Origin: Alphaproteobacteria bacterium
Lineage (GTDB): Bacteria; Pseudomonadota; Alphaproteobacteria; CAAHEQ01; UBA3637
DNA: 58,149 nucleotides
Direction: 5' to 3'
NCBI GenBank assembly: GCA_045655105.1
Contig: JAZOOQ010000014.1
Coordinates: 1 to 58,149 of the forward strand
The position numbers and the translations under genes were made by a program. Positions 33,370 to 42,275 of the stretch are shown piece after piece (the stretch's first letter is position 1; the number at the start of each line of letters is the position of its first letter). The notes under the pieces are model-generated. The model ran no database searches. It saw nothing but the letters and a program-made list of their open reading frames with translations, and was not told where the DNA came from.

Positions 33370-33539
33370 TTGACTTTTAAAGATTTTTTGTGTAAAATAC
33401 AAGCCATTCCCTGAGAATGCGGGTGTTGACAATAGGTTAGGGCCACGCTTTGGCAATTCGGTCAAAGACTATCGGGGACAACAAGGAGTTTTTGTTTTCT
33501 TCTTTTACAAAGACTCCGGCTATAAAAGAAAGGTATACT
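33370..33539 (+). promoter_or_regulatory. rpsD promoter and structured 5' leader
   Basis: TTGACT-N17-TAAAAT (33370-33398), then a ~135-nt GC-enriched leader with hairpins CTTTGGC/GTCAAAG and GGAGTTTTTGT/ACAAAGACTCC. Confidence 0.55.
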
Positions 33540-34154
33540 ATGTCAAAAAGATTAAGTTCTAAATTTAAAATTGATCGTCGTTTAGGCGTTAACCTCTGGG
33601 GTAAAGCAAAAAGCCCTGTTGAAAAAAGAAATTACGGTCCTGGTCAACATGGTGCAAACCGTAAAAAATTAACGGACTATGGTGTTCAGTTGCACGCTAA
33701 ACAAAAATTAAAAGGTGTTTACGGCAACGTTTCTGAAAAACAATTGCGTAAATATTATGCCGAAGCTGTTCGTCGTAAAGGCGATAGCTCTGAAAACTTG
33801 GTTGGTATTTTGGAAACACGCTTAGATTCAGTTGTTTACCGCATGAAATTTGTTCCATCAGTTTTTGCTGCTCGTCAGTTTGTAAACCATGGTCATGTTC
33901 TTGTTAATGGTAAAAAAGTAAACATTCCATCATACTTGGTTAAACCAGGTGATGAAATTTCAATTCGTTCAAAAGCAAAAGAAATGGCTTTAGTCATTGA
34001 CGCTTTGGCAGCAACAGATCGTGAAGTTCCAGAATATATGGAAGTTGATGCAAAAGCAGGAACTGGTAAATTTATCCGCGTTCCTCAATTAGCTGATATT
34101 CCATATGCAACACAAATGGAACCAAATTTGGTTATCGAATTCTATTCTCGTTAA
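33540..34154 (+). CDS. rpsD: 30S ribosomal protein S4
   Basis: [32 protein letters not shown]; start ATG 33540 after GAAAGG. Confidence 0.98.
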   Translation: MSKRLSSKFKIDRRLGVNLWGKAKSPVEKRNYGPGQHGANRKKLTDYGVQLHAKQKLKGVYGNVSEKQLRKYYAEAVRRKGDSSENLVGILETRLDSVVYRMKFVPSVFAARQFVNHGHVLVNGKKVNIPSYLVKPGDEISIRSKAKEMALVIDALAATDREVPEYMEVDAKAGTGKFIRVPQLADIPYATQMEPNLVIEFYSR

Positions 34155-34170
34155 TCAGTATCTGGATAAG

Positions 34171-34202
34171 AAAAGCCGTTCTGGAAACAGAACGGTTTTT
34201 TT
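34171..34202 (+). terminator. Terminator after rpsD
   Basis: AAAAGCCGTTCTG-gaaa-CAGAACGGTTTTTTT. Confidence 0.85.
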
Positions 34203-34233
34203 ATATTAATATATTTTTTAAAATAGAGTAGGT

Positions 34234-34274
34234 CATATTAAAAGGCTCTTCGTTTCGAAGAGCCTTTTAATATG
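34234..34274 (-). terminator. 19-bp perfect inverted repeat, probable terminator of the PilV-like gene
   Basis: CATATTAAAAGGCTCTTCG-ttt-CGAAGAGCCTTTTAATATG. Confidence 0.75.
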
Positions 34275-34290
34275 TTGGAAATAAATGTTT

Positions 34291-36090
34291 TTAATTCCCA
34301 ACAATTGAAGAAGCATCATCTGCTCGGTCTGAAACATAACTAGAACCGTCACCGCCTGTGTAAACACAATAAGTATGAACTAATGCAGTGATTGGAGTTG
34401 TAATTTCAGTAAGGTCAGCAACTGCAGAATCATTTTGATCATAGGATAAGTTAACAATCCAAGATTTTGTATCTGATGATGTGTTTGCTGAATGATAATA
34501 TTTGCTTACATCCGTGTTATATTTAATTTCAATGCGTGGCAAAATAGGATAAGCATTTGGAATCATCTCTGTTTTAACTTCTAAGTTACCATCGTCATTT
34601 GTTTCAATATTTTCAACAACAGTATCGGTAATATCCTTTTCTGAGATTTGATGCCATTGAAGTGGCGTTACAACAATTGCTGGAACATGCATGTTCGGGC
34701 ATGTTGGCATGTCAATTGTGTTTGAAAGAGTTGGGTTGTAATTTTCACTGGTAATAGTTGTAATTTCTTTGAGTTGATATTGTGGTAAAAGATCACTCAG
34801 TTTTGCACCACCACGACTTTCAAGGCGAATATCTCCCATAACGGAAATGTGACTTGGATCAACTCGATATGCTTGATCTGATCCGGCAGCTTGAGTAGCA
34901 TTTTGTGCTTTTTCGTTTGATTCAATGCGGCCATTTTTAATGGTGAGTGTTTCAACTTCATTATTTTTGCCAGACATGGTCTGACTGCTGCTTAAACGAT
35001 TAACGCCTCTGGCTATAATTTCACCCTGGCCATTAATGGTAACAGCTTCTTTGCCATTAGCAGTATAAACAACAATTCGTCTTTTTTTATTTTCATCAAT
35101 AGAGGGCATCTCTGAAGGAGCTGCGCCCTCAATTAAAATAGATGATGGTTTTTGATTATCTGCAATTGGTTCGCTTGCGATTAAAACAGAAGTTGTTCCT
35201 GTTGGGCTTGATCGCATATGCAATTGGTTTTTAACAAATACATTTCCTGCAAAGTCGCCTTCAGCAGCAACCCAAAATAATGGGTCACAGCCATTTTCAC
35301 CAGGCATTTTAATGGTGTCACTTTGAGCGGTTGTAATGCCATCTGCTGATGTTGTTGTGCTATTATGTTTTAATTCAAAACAAGTATTGCTGGCAGAACT
35401 ATCAACTTGCCCAACGGAAAAAAAGTTCCATGCATGTAAGCGTTTACTTGCAAAACCTTGATCTGGCAATAAAATATTTGATTGATCAAAATCTTCATAT
35501 TTAACTGTTGGAACATATGTATCAATACCCGTTGTGGCTAAAAAGTAATGATCGGTTGGCGCATTAGGGAATAATTTAGTTGTTTCTGTTTCATCCAGTT
35601 GCCAAGCACCGCCAGTTCCATTAATTTCTGTTCTTCCTTTTCTTAAAATACCTGCATCAGCACCAATAAGTGTTGCAATTCTAGCAACGCGTTTTAAACC
35701 AAGTCCTTCAAGGCCCAAAGAACCCAAGTTTGGAATAATAAAGCCTTGTAAAGAGCTGCTGCCTTGTTTTGATTCATTTTTCAAAATAGTGAAAGAGTAG
35801 CCATTAGCTGTGTCTTCAAAGCCAGCAGGTAAGTAAGATCTAACTATTGCAAGATTTGGAGTGCAAGTTCCGTTCGTGCACGCTATTTCAGAGTGATAGT
35901 TCATGATATATGAAGAAAAAGCTTCTTTCATAATGCGCATTTCAGAGGCAATATTGATATTTTCAACTTCTTCGTTTCTGTCTGCAACTTGTTTAAAAAG
36001 AAGCGGACCCATAACCCCTAAAAGGGCAACAACAGCGATAACTTCAATAAGAACGGAGCCTTTTTCTTGGTTTTTTAGTTTCTTATTCAT
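34291..36090 (-). CDS. Large type IV pilin-like protein (PilV/shufflon N-terminal-like adhesin)
   Basis: Class III signal: charged leader, G|SVLIE with Glu+5, hydrophobic helix. RIATLIGADAG...INGTGGAW resembles the PilV constant region. C-terminal MPTCP...PAIVVTP...TYC. Confidence 0.7.
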   Translation of the reverse strand: MNKKLKNQEKGSVLIEVIAVVALLGVMGPLLFKQVADRNEEVENINIASEMRIMKEAFSSYIMNYHSEIACTNGTCTPNLAIVRSYLPAGFEDTANGYSFTILKNESKQGSSSLQGFIIPNLGSLGLEGLGLKRVARIATLIGADAGILRKGRTEINGTGGAWQLDETETTKLFPNAPTDHYFLATTGIDTYVPTVKYEDFDQSNILLPDQGFASKRLHAWNFFSVGQVDSSASNTCFELKHNSTTTSADGITTAQSDTIKMPGENGCDPLFWVAAEGDFAGNVFVKNQLHMRSSPTGTTSVLIASEPIADNQKPSSILIEGAAPSEMPSIDENKKRRIVVYTANGKEAVTINGQGEIIARGVNRLSSSQTMSGKNNEVETLTIKNGRIESNEKAQNATQAAGSDQAYRVDPSHISVMGDIRLESRGGAKLSDLLPQYQLKEITTITSENYNPTLSNTIDMPTCPNMHVPAIVVTPLQWHQISEKDITDTVVENIETNDDGNLEVKTEMIPNAYPILPRIEIKYNTDVSKYYHSANTSSDTKSWIVNLSYDQNDSAVADLTEITTPITALVHTYCVYTGGDGSSYVSDRADDASSIVGN

Positions 36091-36108
36091 GTTTGCCTCC
36101 TTTAATTT

Positions 36109-37614
36109 TTAAAAATTATAACGTTTTTTCTCTGTTTTTAAATTATGTTGGATTTCATCCATATTTAATGCTCGATTATATATTTTTATGTTATACATAT
36201 CTGCATTAATTTTGTTGGTTGAATTGTGTGGGGATGCCCCAATGAAAATTGACGGGGATGATGAAATACCACTAAAGTATATATCATTTGCAAATGTCTC
36301 AGAAGCAACTTTTTTCCCATTAACAAAAAGATGATGGAATCTTGGTCCAATAACATAAGAAATAGCAGTAATGCTATAAGGAATTATGGTTTGAATTTCT
36401 CCGATTTTCTTATCGGCTGCTTGATATATGGAAACAGTTAATTGACCTGATTTATATTTAGCTAAGATATAAGGGAAACTCCCTGTGTTTGTTGAAAAAA
36501 GAGGAGCTTCCGACCCATTTGGATCATGTTGATCAAACTGCGCAACAAAAGAAAGTGTGAACTCTCTATTTAGGGATTCTTTGCCATTTGAGCTGTCTAG
36601 TCTGATATAAATATCACTGGCCATAGCTAAAGGAACCTCTTTATTTGGATTCCATATGGATTCAGCTGTTGAATCAATGAAGGGTACTTCTGTTTGAGAT
36701 ATAATATCAAGCCATCCAGTTTTTTTATCATCATGGATTGGGGCGCCATGTTCATTTTTGTTATTCATGGTGCTATCGAAATGATACATTAACCCATCTG
36801 CAATATAGGGAGAATTAACCGGAGTAATGCAAAAAATTGGTTGATAATCATATGTCGAGTCATCAGGAAAGTATTCATTAAGTTTAAAAACTTCATATAG
36901 CTTAAGAGGAATTCTTCTTTTTTGGCCATCAACGGAAAAAATATAGGGTAGCTTTGATTCAATTCCGATATAGCCACAATCAGGATCACCCTTTGTTCTT
37001 TTAGCTAAGGCTTTTTCCCATAAAATACGATTGCGCTGAATTTCGTTTTCATCAACAGATGTGTCTAATCTGGTTTTATAAAGATTATGTTGAACTTGGT
37101 TTTGGGGGAATAAAGCTCCATATGTTAAAACGTATTTAAAAGTTTGAATGGGCGTTTTGCAAGAAACAACATTCCCATAAACATTTTTTTTGGTTTCTCC
37201 AGAAGAAACAGTTTTATCTAAACCATCCATGCAAACAATGGCTGATGTATAAGATCCATCAGTTGGAAAGGTTTTTCTAGAGACATCATCAGGCATCATT
37301 TTGGGCATATATCCATTTTCAAGATTATCAAACTCATCTTTGAATATATGAATATAGGCAGCTTTATCTTTATCGCTTAGTTCATCACTTCCTGAAATGG
37401 GTTGAATATCACTTCCTGAAATGGGTTGAATATAGGGAAGGGTAAGAGCTATTTGGTCAGCATAATCTCTGGCAAATTGGTGTTGTGCAACAAAACTGGC
37501 AACATATGCTTCAGAAACAGGAAGTTCTTCAACATTAACGCGGTCAGTTCTTGGAAACAACATTGTTACCATCAAGCCAATTATGAAAGTTAAAACAGTT
37601 GTCCAAAATATCAT
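36109..37614 (-). CDS. Membrane-anchored protein with C-terminal LamG/ConA-like domain
   Basis: N-terminal hydrophobic helix; GLMYHFDS, LFVNGKKV, IFIGA, YNIKIYNRAL..DEI. Confidence 0.7.
   Translation of the reverse strand: MIFWTTVLTFIIGLMVTMLFPRTDRVNVEELPVSEAYVASFVAQHQFARDYADQIALTLPYIQPISGSDIQPISGSDELSDKDKAAYIHIFKDEFDNLENGYMPKMMPDDVSRKTFPTDGSYTSAIVCMDGLDKTVSSGETKKNVYGNVVSCKTPIQTFKYVLTYGALFPQNQVQHNLYKTRLDTSVDENEIQRNRILWEKALAKRTKGDPDCGYIGIESKLPYIFSVDGQKRRIPLKLYEVFKLNEYFPDDSTYDYQPIFCITPVNSPYIADGLMYHFDSTMNNKNEHGAPIHDDKKTGWLDIISQTEVPFIDSTAESIWNPNKEVPLAMASDIYIRLDSSNGKESLNREFTLSFVAQFDQHDPNGSEAPLFSTNTGSFPYILAKYKSGQLTVSIYQAADKKIGEIQTIIPYSITAISYVIGPRFHHLFVNGKKVASETFANDIYFSGISSSPSIFIGASPHNSTNKINADMYNIKIYNRALNMDEIQHNLKTEKKRYNF
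37384..37433. repeat. Perfect in-frame 24-bp tandem duplication
   Basis: ATCACTTCCTGAAATGGGTTGAAT twice plus AT; encodes IQPISGSD twice. Confidence 0.95.
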
Positions 37615-37758
37615 TTAAATCCCCCAATTTGTTATACCCTTTATTATAATATTATATCAAATTTTTTTTGTTTGGTAAATATTTTTTTGTCAAATAGCAT
37701 GTTTTTTCTCTCTTTTTTTCGAAAAAAATGTGTTTTTTTCAATTTAGAGAAAAATAAT

Positions 37759-37793
37759 AAAAAAATAGCCCAAGATTTCTCTTTAGGGCTATT
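37759..37793 (-). terminator. Terminator after the NUDIX gene
   Basis: AATAGCCC...GGGCTATT with A-tract. Confidence 0.6.
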
Positions 37794-37800
37794 GAAAATT

Positions 37801-38208
37801 TTATTTAAAATTTGGTAACTTATTGAGTTTTTTTAAAGCATTAATGAAAGGTTCATCTGCTGGGCAAAACTCATAATTATCTAATTCAGATAATGAAATC
37901 CATTTTGCATCATTATGCTCATATAATGCTGGTAAAACTTGATTTTCCGAAGTTGCCCAAAAGGCATGAAGTTGAAAATCTCCTTTTCCAGGATAGGTGT
38001 GAATATGAGTCATAAAAAGATTATGAACAGTTATTTCTTTTTCCATTTCTTCTTTAAATTCTCTGATTACGCATTCTTGAAGGGTTTCTCCTTTTTCAAG
38101 TTTTCCACCTGGAAATTCCCATAAAAGTTCAGGGAATTTTCCTTTTTTGCGTTGAGCAATTAAAATTTTATCATTACATGTAACAATAGCCATTGAAATT
38201 TCTATCAT
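37801..38208 (-). CDS. MutT/NudG-family NUDIX hydrolase
   Basis: WEFPGGKLEKGETLQECVIREFKEE Nudix box; FCPAD. Confidence 0.92.
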   Translation of the reverse strand: MIEISMAIVTCNDKILIAQRKKGKFPELLWEFPGGKLEKGETLQECVIREFKEEMEKEITVHNLFMTHIHTYPGKGDFQLHAFWATSENQVLPALYEHNDAKWISLSELDNYEFCPADEPFINALKKLNKLPNFK

Positions 38209-38222
38209 AAAAAATCCTTTTG

Positions 38223-39209
38223 TTATGCGGTTTTATCTAATCCTGTTCGTAAAAGATATAAATTATTTTCTGTGGGACGAGGAGGTGTTTTAACAGGAAT
38301 TTGATCATTTTTTGTTTTCAAAAATTCAGGCGCAACATTTTGGCGATAGATAACGTTCAATGCGGAACAAACGGCATTTGTTTTCTCATTGAAAAGTCTA
38401 TGTTTTTTGATTTCATTTAAAAATCCTGTTAATTCATTTCGCGTCATTAAAAAGTGACCTAAATCGGAAACACGTTCAAATGAAATTTTATTTCCAAATT
38501 CAATTTTGTAAAAAATATTATTTTTTTTGAAAATTAATTTTTTCCCTTTTGTTAAAACAGGGGGAATTGGAAAATTATTGCTAATTAATGTAAACTGTTT
38601 TGAACCTCTATTAAAACAATCCTTTAAACCAAAATATCGGTAAATATCTGAAAAATGGGGGAATATCTTTTTTTCTTTTGGTTTAATTAATTTTGATTTT
38701 GGCGTTTTAGAATAAATTTTTTCAAGTTTAGAAGAAACAGCTTCTGCTGTAGAAAGATCTGCTTTAAGCCAATTTGAAACCATTTCATTGGCTTTTGAAA
38801 ATGGCATTAATGAAACTTTATTGTTTTTTAAATTGATTTCTTGAAAACAAGGATTGGATTCATCTAATGAAACACGAAAGAGAGTGTTTCCTTCTTTTGA
38901 AAATAAAATACCATCATTTCCGAGCAATGTTGGAATATTAAAATTGCAGGCAAATGGGTGCTTATTTCCAAAAGTTTCATTTGGGTTTTTGAATTGATAA
39001 TCCATTAAATAAACAGAAGAAATCAGCTCATAATCAACACGATTGTTCTCTTCTCCGAAGAAGAAAGTTCTATTATCAGATTGAATAGAGTTGTGTAAAA
39101 ATGCAGTATTTGGAATTTTCTTTTCATCGATGATTAATTTGATATTTGGATTATCTTCTTTGATAAATCTTGAAAGCGCCATTTCAATGTTTGCCATTTT
39201 TTTCTCCAT
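38223..39209 (-). CDS. Hypothetical protein, possibly two degenerate internal repeats
   Basis: 328-aa ORF; start may be the second Met (MANIEM), which follows GGAG. Confidence 0.7.
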   Translation of the reverse strand: MEKKMANIEMALSRFIKEDNPNIKLIIDEKKIPNTAFLHNSIQSDNRTFFFGEENNRVDYELISSVYLMDYQFKNPNETFGNKHPFACNFNIPTLLGNDGILFSKEGNTLFRVSLDESNPCFQEINLKNNKVSLMPFSKANEMVSNWLKADLSTAEAVSSKLEKIYSKTPKSKLIKPKEKKIFPHFSDIYRYFGLKDCFNRGSKQFTLISNNFPIPPVLTKGKKLIFKKNNIFYKIEFGNKISFERVSDLGHFLMTRNELTGFLNEIKKHRLFNEKTNAVCSALNVIYRQNVAPEFLKTKNDQIPVKTPPRPTENNLYLLRTGLDKTA

Positions 39210-39306
39210 TTTTTTGGTTTCTTTTCTTTTTTTATTTTAACAGAATCATACTTTGAAAGCAAGAGGTGTTTTTTTATTAAAGATATTTTGGGTGAAATGG
39301 TAAAAT

Positions 39307-39336
39307 AAAAAAATCCCCCACCAAGGGTAGGGGATT
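39307..39336 (-). terminator. Terminator after ppdK
   Basis: AATCCCCcACC...GGTaGGGGATT with A-tract. Confidence 0.7.
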
Positions 39337-39356
39337 ATAAAGATTTAAGCTATTGC

Positions 39357-42023
39357 TTATTTCTTTTCGTTGCGAACGGCTGCTTGTGCTGCTGCCAAAC
39401 GTGCAATTGGAACACGATATGGTGAGCAAGACACATATGTCAAACCAACTCTGTGACAGAAATCAATTGTTTCTGGATCCCCACCATGTTCACCACAGAT
39501 ACCGAGTTTGATGTTTGGACGAGTTGCTTTACCTTTTTGAACAGCAATGTCAACCAAAGCGCCAACACCTTCTTGGTCAAGTGATGCAAATGGATCACGA
39601 GCATAGATACCTTTTTGAACGTATTCTGGTAAGAATGAACCAGCATCGTCACGGCTCATACCCAAAGTTGTTTGAGTTAAGTCGTTTGTACCAAAGCTGA
39701 AGAATTCTGCTGATTCAGCGATTTTGTCAGCTGTGATAGCAGCGCGTGGTAATTCGATCATTGTACCAACATGGTATTCGAATTTAACGCCTTTTTCAGC
39801 CATAACAGCATCAGCAACAGCAACAACAACTGCTTTAGCTAAATCTAATTCTTTCTTTGTTCCGACTAATGGAATCATGATTTCAGGAACGATTGTGCGA
39901 CCTGTTTTATTCATAACTTCAACAGCGGCTTCAAAAACAGCGCGAGCTTGCATTTCGTTGATTTCTGGGTATGTAACACCTAAACGGCAACCACGGTGGC
40001 CAAGCATTGGGTTGGCTTCGTGTAATTTTGCTGTACGTGCTGCAATTTCTTCAACAGAAACGCCGAGTTCACGAGCGATTTCAGCTTGTTCTTCTTTTTT
40101 ATTTGGTAAGAATTCATGCAATGGTGGGTCTAAGAAACGAATTGTTACTGGTAAACCTTCCATGATTGTGAACAAGTCTGTAAAGTCTTGACGTTGATAT
40201 GGCAAGAGTTTTGCAAGAGCTGCTCTTCTTGCTTCAACTGTGTCAGATAAAATCATTTGACGCATGTGGTTAATACGTGCTGGATCAAAGAACATATGTT
40301 CTGTACGGCACAAACCAATACCTTCAGCACCAAAATCACGAGCTGTTTTTGCATCTAATGGTGTTTCAGCATTTGTGCGAACGCCAAGAGTGCGAACTTC
40401 ATCAACCCATGTCATGAATTCGCCGAAGTTACCTGTCATTTCTGGGAGAACAAGTTTCAAACCACCAGCCATAACTTCACCAGTTGTTCCATCGATTGAA
40501 AGCATGTCGCCTTCTTTAATAACTGTGTCACCAACTGTGAGAGTTTTTGCATCATAGTCAATGCGTAAAGCAGAAACACCAGAAACGCAAGGTTTACCCA
40601 TACCACGAGCAACCACAGCGGCGTGACTTGTCATACCACCACGAGCTGTTAAAATACCTTGAGAAACGTGCATACCTGCGATATCTTCAGGTGATGTTTC
40701 AATACGAACCAAGATAACTTTTTTGCCAGCTTCAGCAGCTTTTTCAGCATCTTCAGCTGAGAAAACAGCTTCACCAACAGCAGCACCTGGAGAAGCAGGT
40801 AAACCGCTTGTTAAAACAACACGTTTTTCTGATTTATCGAACATTGGGTGTAATAATTGATCTAATTGAGCAGCTTCAACACGCATAATAGCTGTTTTTT
40901 TGTCAATTAAACCTTCTTTTACCATTTCAACAGCGATACGAAGAGCTGCTGTACCAGTTCTTTTACCATTACGTGTTTGAAGCATCCAAAGTTTGCCGTC
41001 TTGGATTGTGAATTCCATATCTTGCATATCTTTGTAGTGATCTTCTAATTTGGCGCGAATATCTGACAATTCTTTGAAAAGAACTGGGAATTCTTCTTCC
41101 ATACATGGCATATCTGTGCCTGAACGTTCTTTAACAAGTTTTGTCATTGGTTGTGGTGTACGAATACCGGCAACAACGTCTTCACCTTGAGCATTTTTAA
41201 GGTATTCACCATAGAAATAGTTTTCACCTGTTGCAGGGTCGCGAGAGAAGCAAACACCTGTTGCAGATGTGTCACCATAGTTACCAAATACCATTGTTTG
41301 AACGTTAACAGCTGTACCCCAATCACCTGGGATGTTGTTCAGTTTGCGATAGTAAATAGCGCGATCAACCATCCATGAAGAGAACACAGCGCCAATACCG
41401 CCCCACAATTGTTCAAATGGATCTTGTGGAAGTGGGTGACCATCGTTGACGCAGATTTCTTTGTATTCTTTAATAACTTCTTTTAATTGTTCAACAGTCA
41501 TTTGGTTGTCAAATTGATAACCATTTTCTTCACGAACGCGATCTAAAACAGCTTCAAATTTTGAGCTGTGAACACCCATAACAACGTCAGCATACATTTG
41601 GATAAAACGGCGGTAGCTGTCATAAGCAAATTTTGCATTGCCTGAACGTTCAGCTAAACCAACAACTGTTTCATCGTTTAAACCAAGGTTTAAAACTGTA
41701 TCCATCATACCAGGCATTGAAACGCGAGCGCCTGAACGAACTGAGAATAAAAGTGGGTTTTTCGGATCGCCGAATTTGCTGCCCATTTTTTCTTCAATAC
41801 CAGCAAGAGCAGCCAAAACTTGGTCTTTTAATTCAGCTGGATATGAATGATTGTTTGCATAATAATATGTACACACTTCTGTTGTGATTGTAAAACCTGG
41901 AGGAACAGGAACACCAACACGGCTCATTTCAGCCAAGTTAGCACCTTTACCACCCAACAAGTTTTTCATAGAGGCATCGCCTTCTGCAACACCGTCACCA
42001 AAAGTATAAACCCATTTTGTCAT
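39357..42023 (-). CDS. ppdK: Pyruvate phosphate dikinase
   Basis: [53 protein letters not shown]. Confidence 0.99.
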   Translation of the reverse strand: MTKWVYTFGDGVAEGDASMKNLLGGKGANLAEMSRVGVPVPPGFTITTEVCTYYYANNHSYPAELKDQVLAALAGIEEKMGSKFGDPKNPLLFSVRSGARVSMPGMMDTVLNLGLNDETVVGLAERSGNAKFAYDSYRRFIQMYADVVMGVHSSKFEAVLDRVREENGYQFDNQMTVEQLKEVIKEYKEICVNDGHPLPQDPFEQLWGGIGAVFSSWMVDRAIYYRKLNNIPGDWGTAVNVQTMVFGNYGDTSATGVCFSRDPATGENYFYGEYLKNAQGEDVVAGIRTPQPMTKLVKERSGTDMPCMEEEFPVLFKELSDIRAKLEDHYKDMQDMEFTIQDGKLWMLQTRNGKRTGTAALRIAVEMVKEGLIDKKTAIMRVEAAQLDQLLHPMFDKSEKRVVLTSGLPASPGAAVGEAVFSAEDAEKAAEAGKKVILVRIETSPEDIAGMHVSQGILTARGGMTSHAAVVARGMGKPCVSGVSALRIDYDAKTLTVGDTVIKEGDMLSIDGTTGEVMAGGLKLVLPEMTGNFGEFMTWVDEVRTLGVRTNAETPLDAKTARDFGAEGIGLCRTEHMFFDPARINHMRQMILSDTVEARRAALAKLLPYQRQDFTDLFTIMEGLPVTIRFLDPPLHEFLPNKKEEQAEIARELGVSVEEIAARTAKLHEANPMLGHRGCRLGVTYPEINEMQARAVFEAAVEVMNKTGRTIVPEIMIPLVGTKKELDLAKAVVVAVADAVMAEKGVKFEYHVGTMIELPRAAITADKIAESAEFFSFGTNDLTQTTLGMSRDDAGSFLPEYVQKGIYARDPFASLDQEGVGALVDIAVQKGKATRPNIKLGICGEHGGDPETIDFCHRVGLTYVSCSPYRVPIARLAAAQAAVRNEKK

Positions 42024-42275
42024 TAGTTTTTCCTTTGCTTGTTAGTTAATTAAAAACCATATTTCTCATAAAGAAGTATGGAACCTTGAGATTTTTATTC
42101 GCAAAATGTTTAACATTTTTTTTGCTTGATTGCAAGTGATTTTTTTGTTTTTGTATAAATATCAGTTTGAAAATGTAATTGCCTAAAAAAATAAATAAAA
42201 AAATATCTTTTTGCTTTTCTTTTTTGCAAAAAGAATGTTATATAGAAATAGTTTTATTAAAAAAAGGGGTTTAAT

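Noticed and set aside
34155-36090. Shufflon at the PilV-like gene
   Set aside because: No Rci-like recombinase, alternative C-terminal cassettes or sfx-like repeats; the gene is followed directly by terminators and rpsD.
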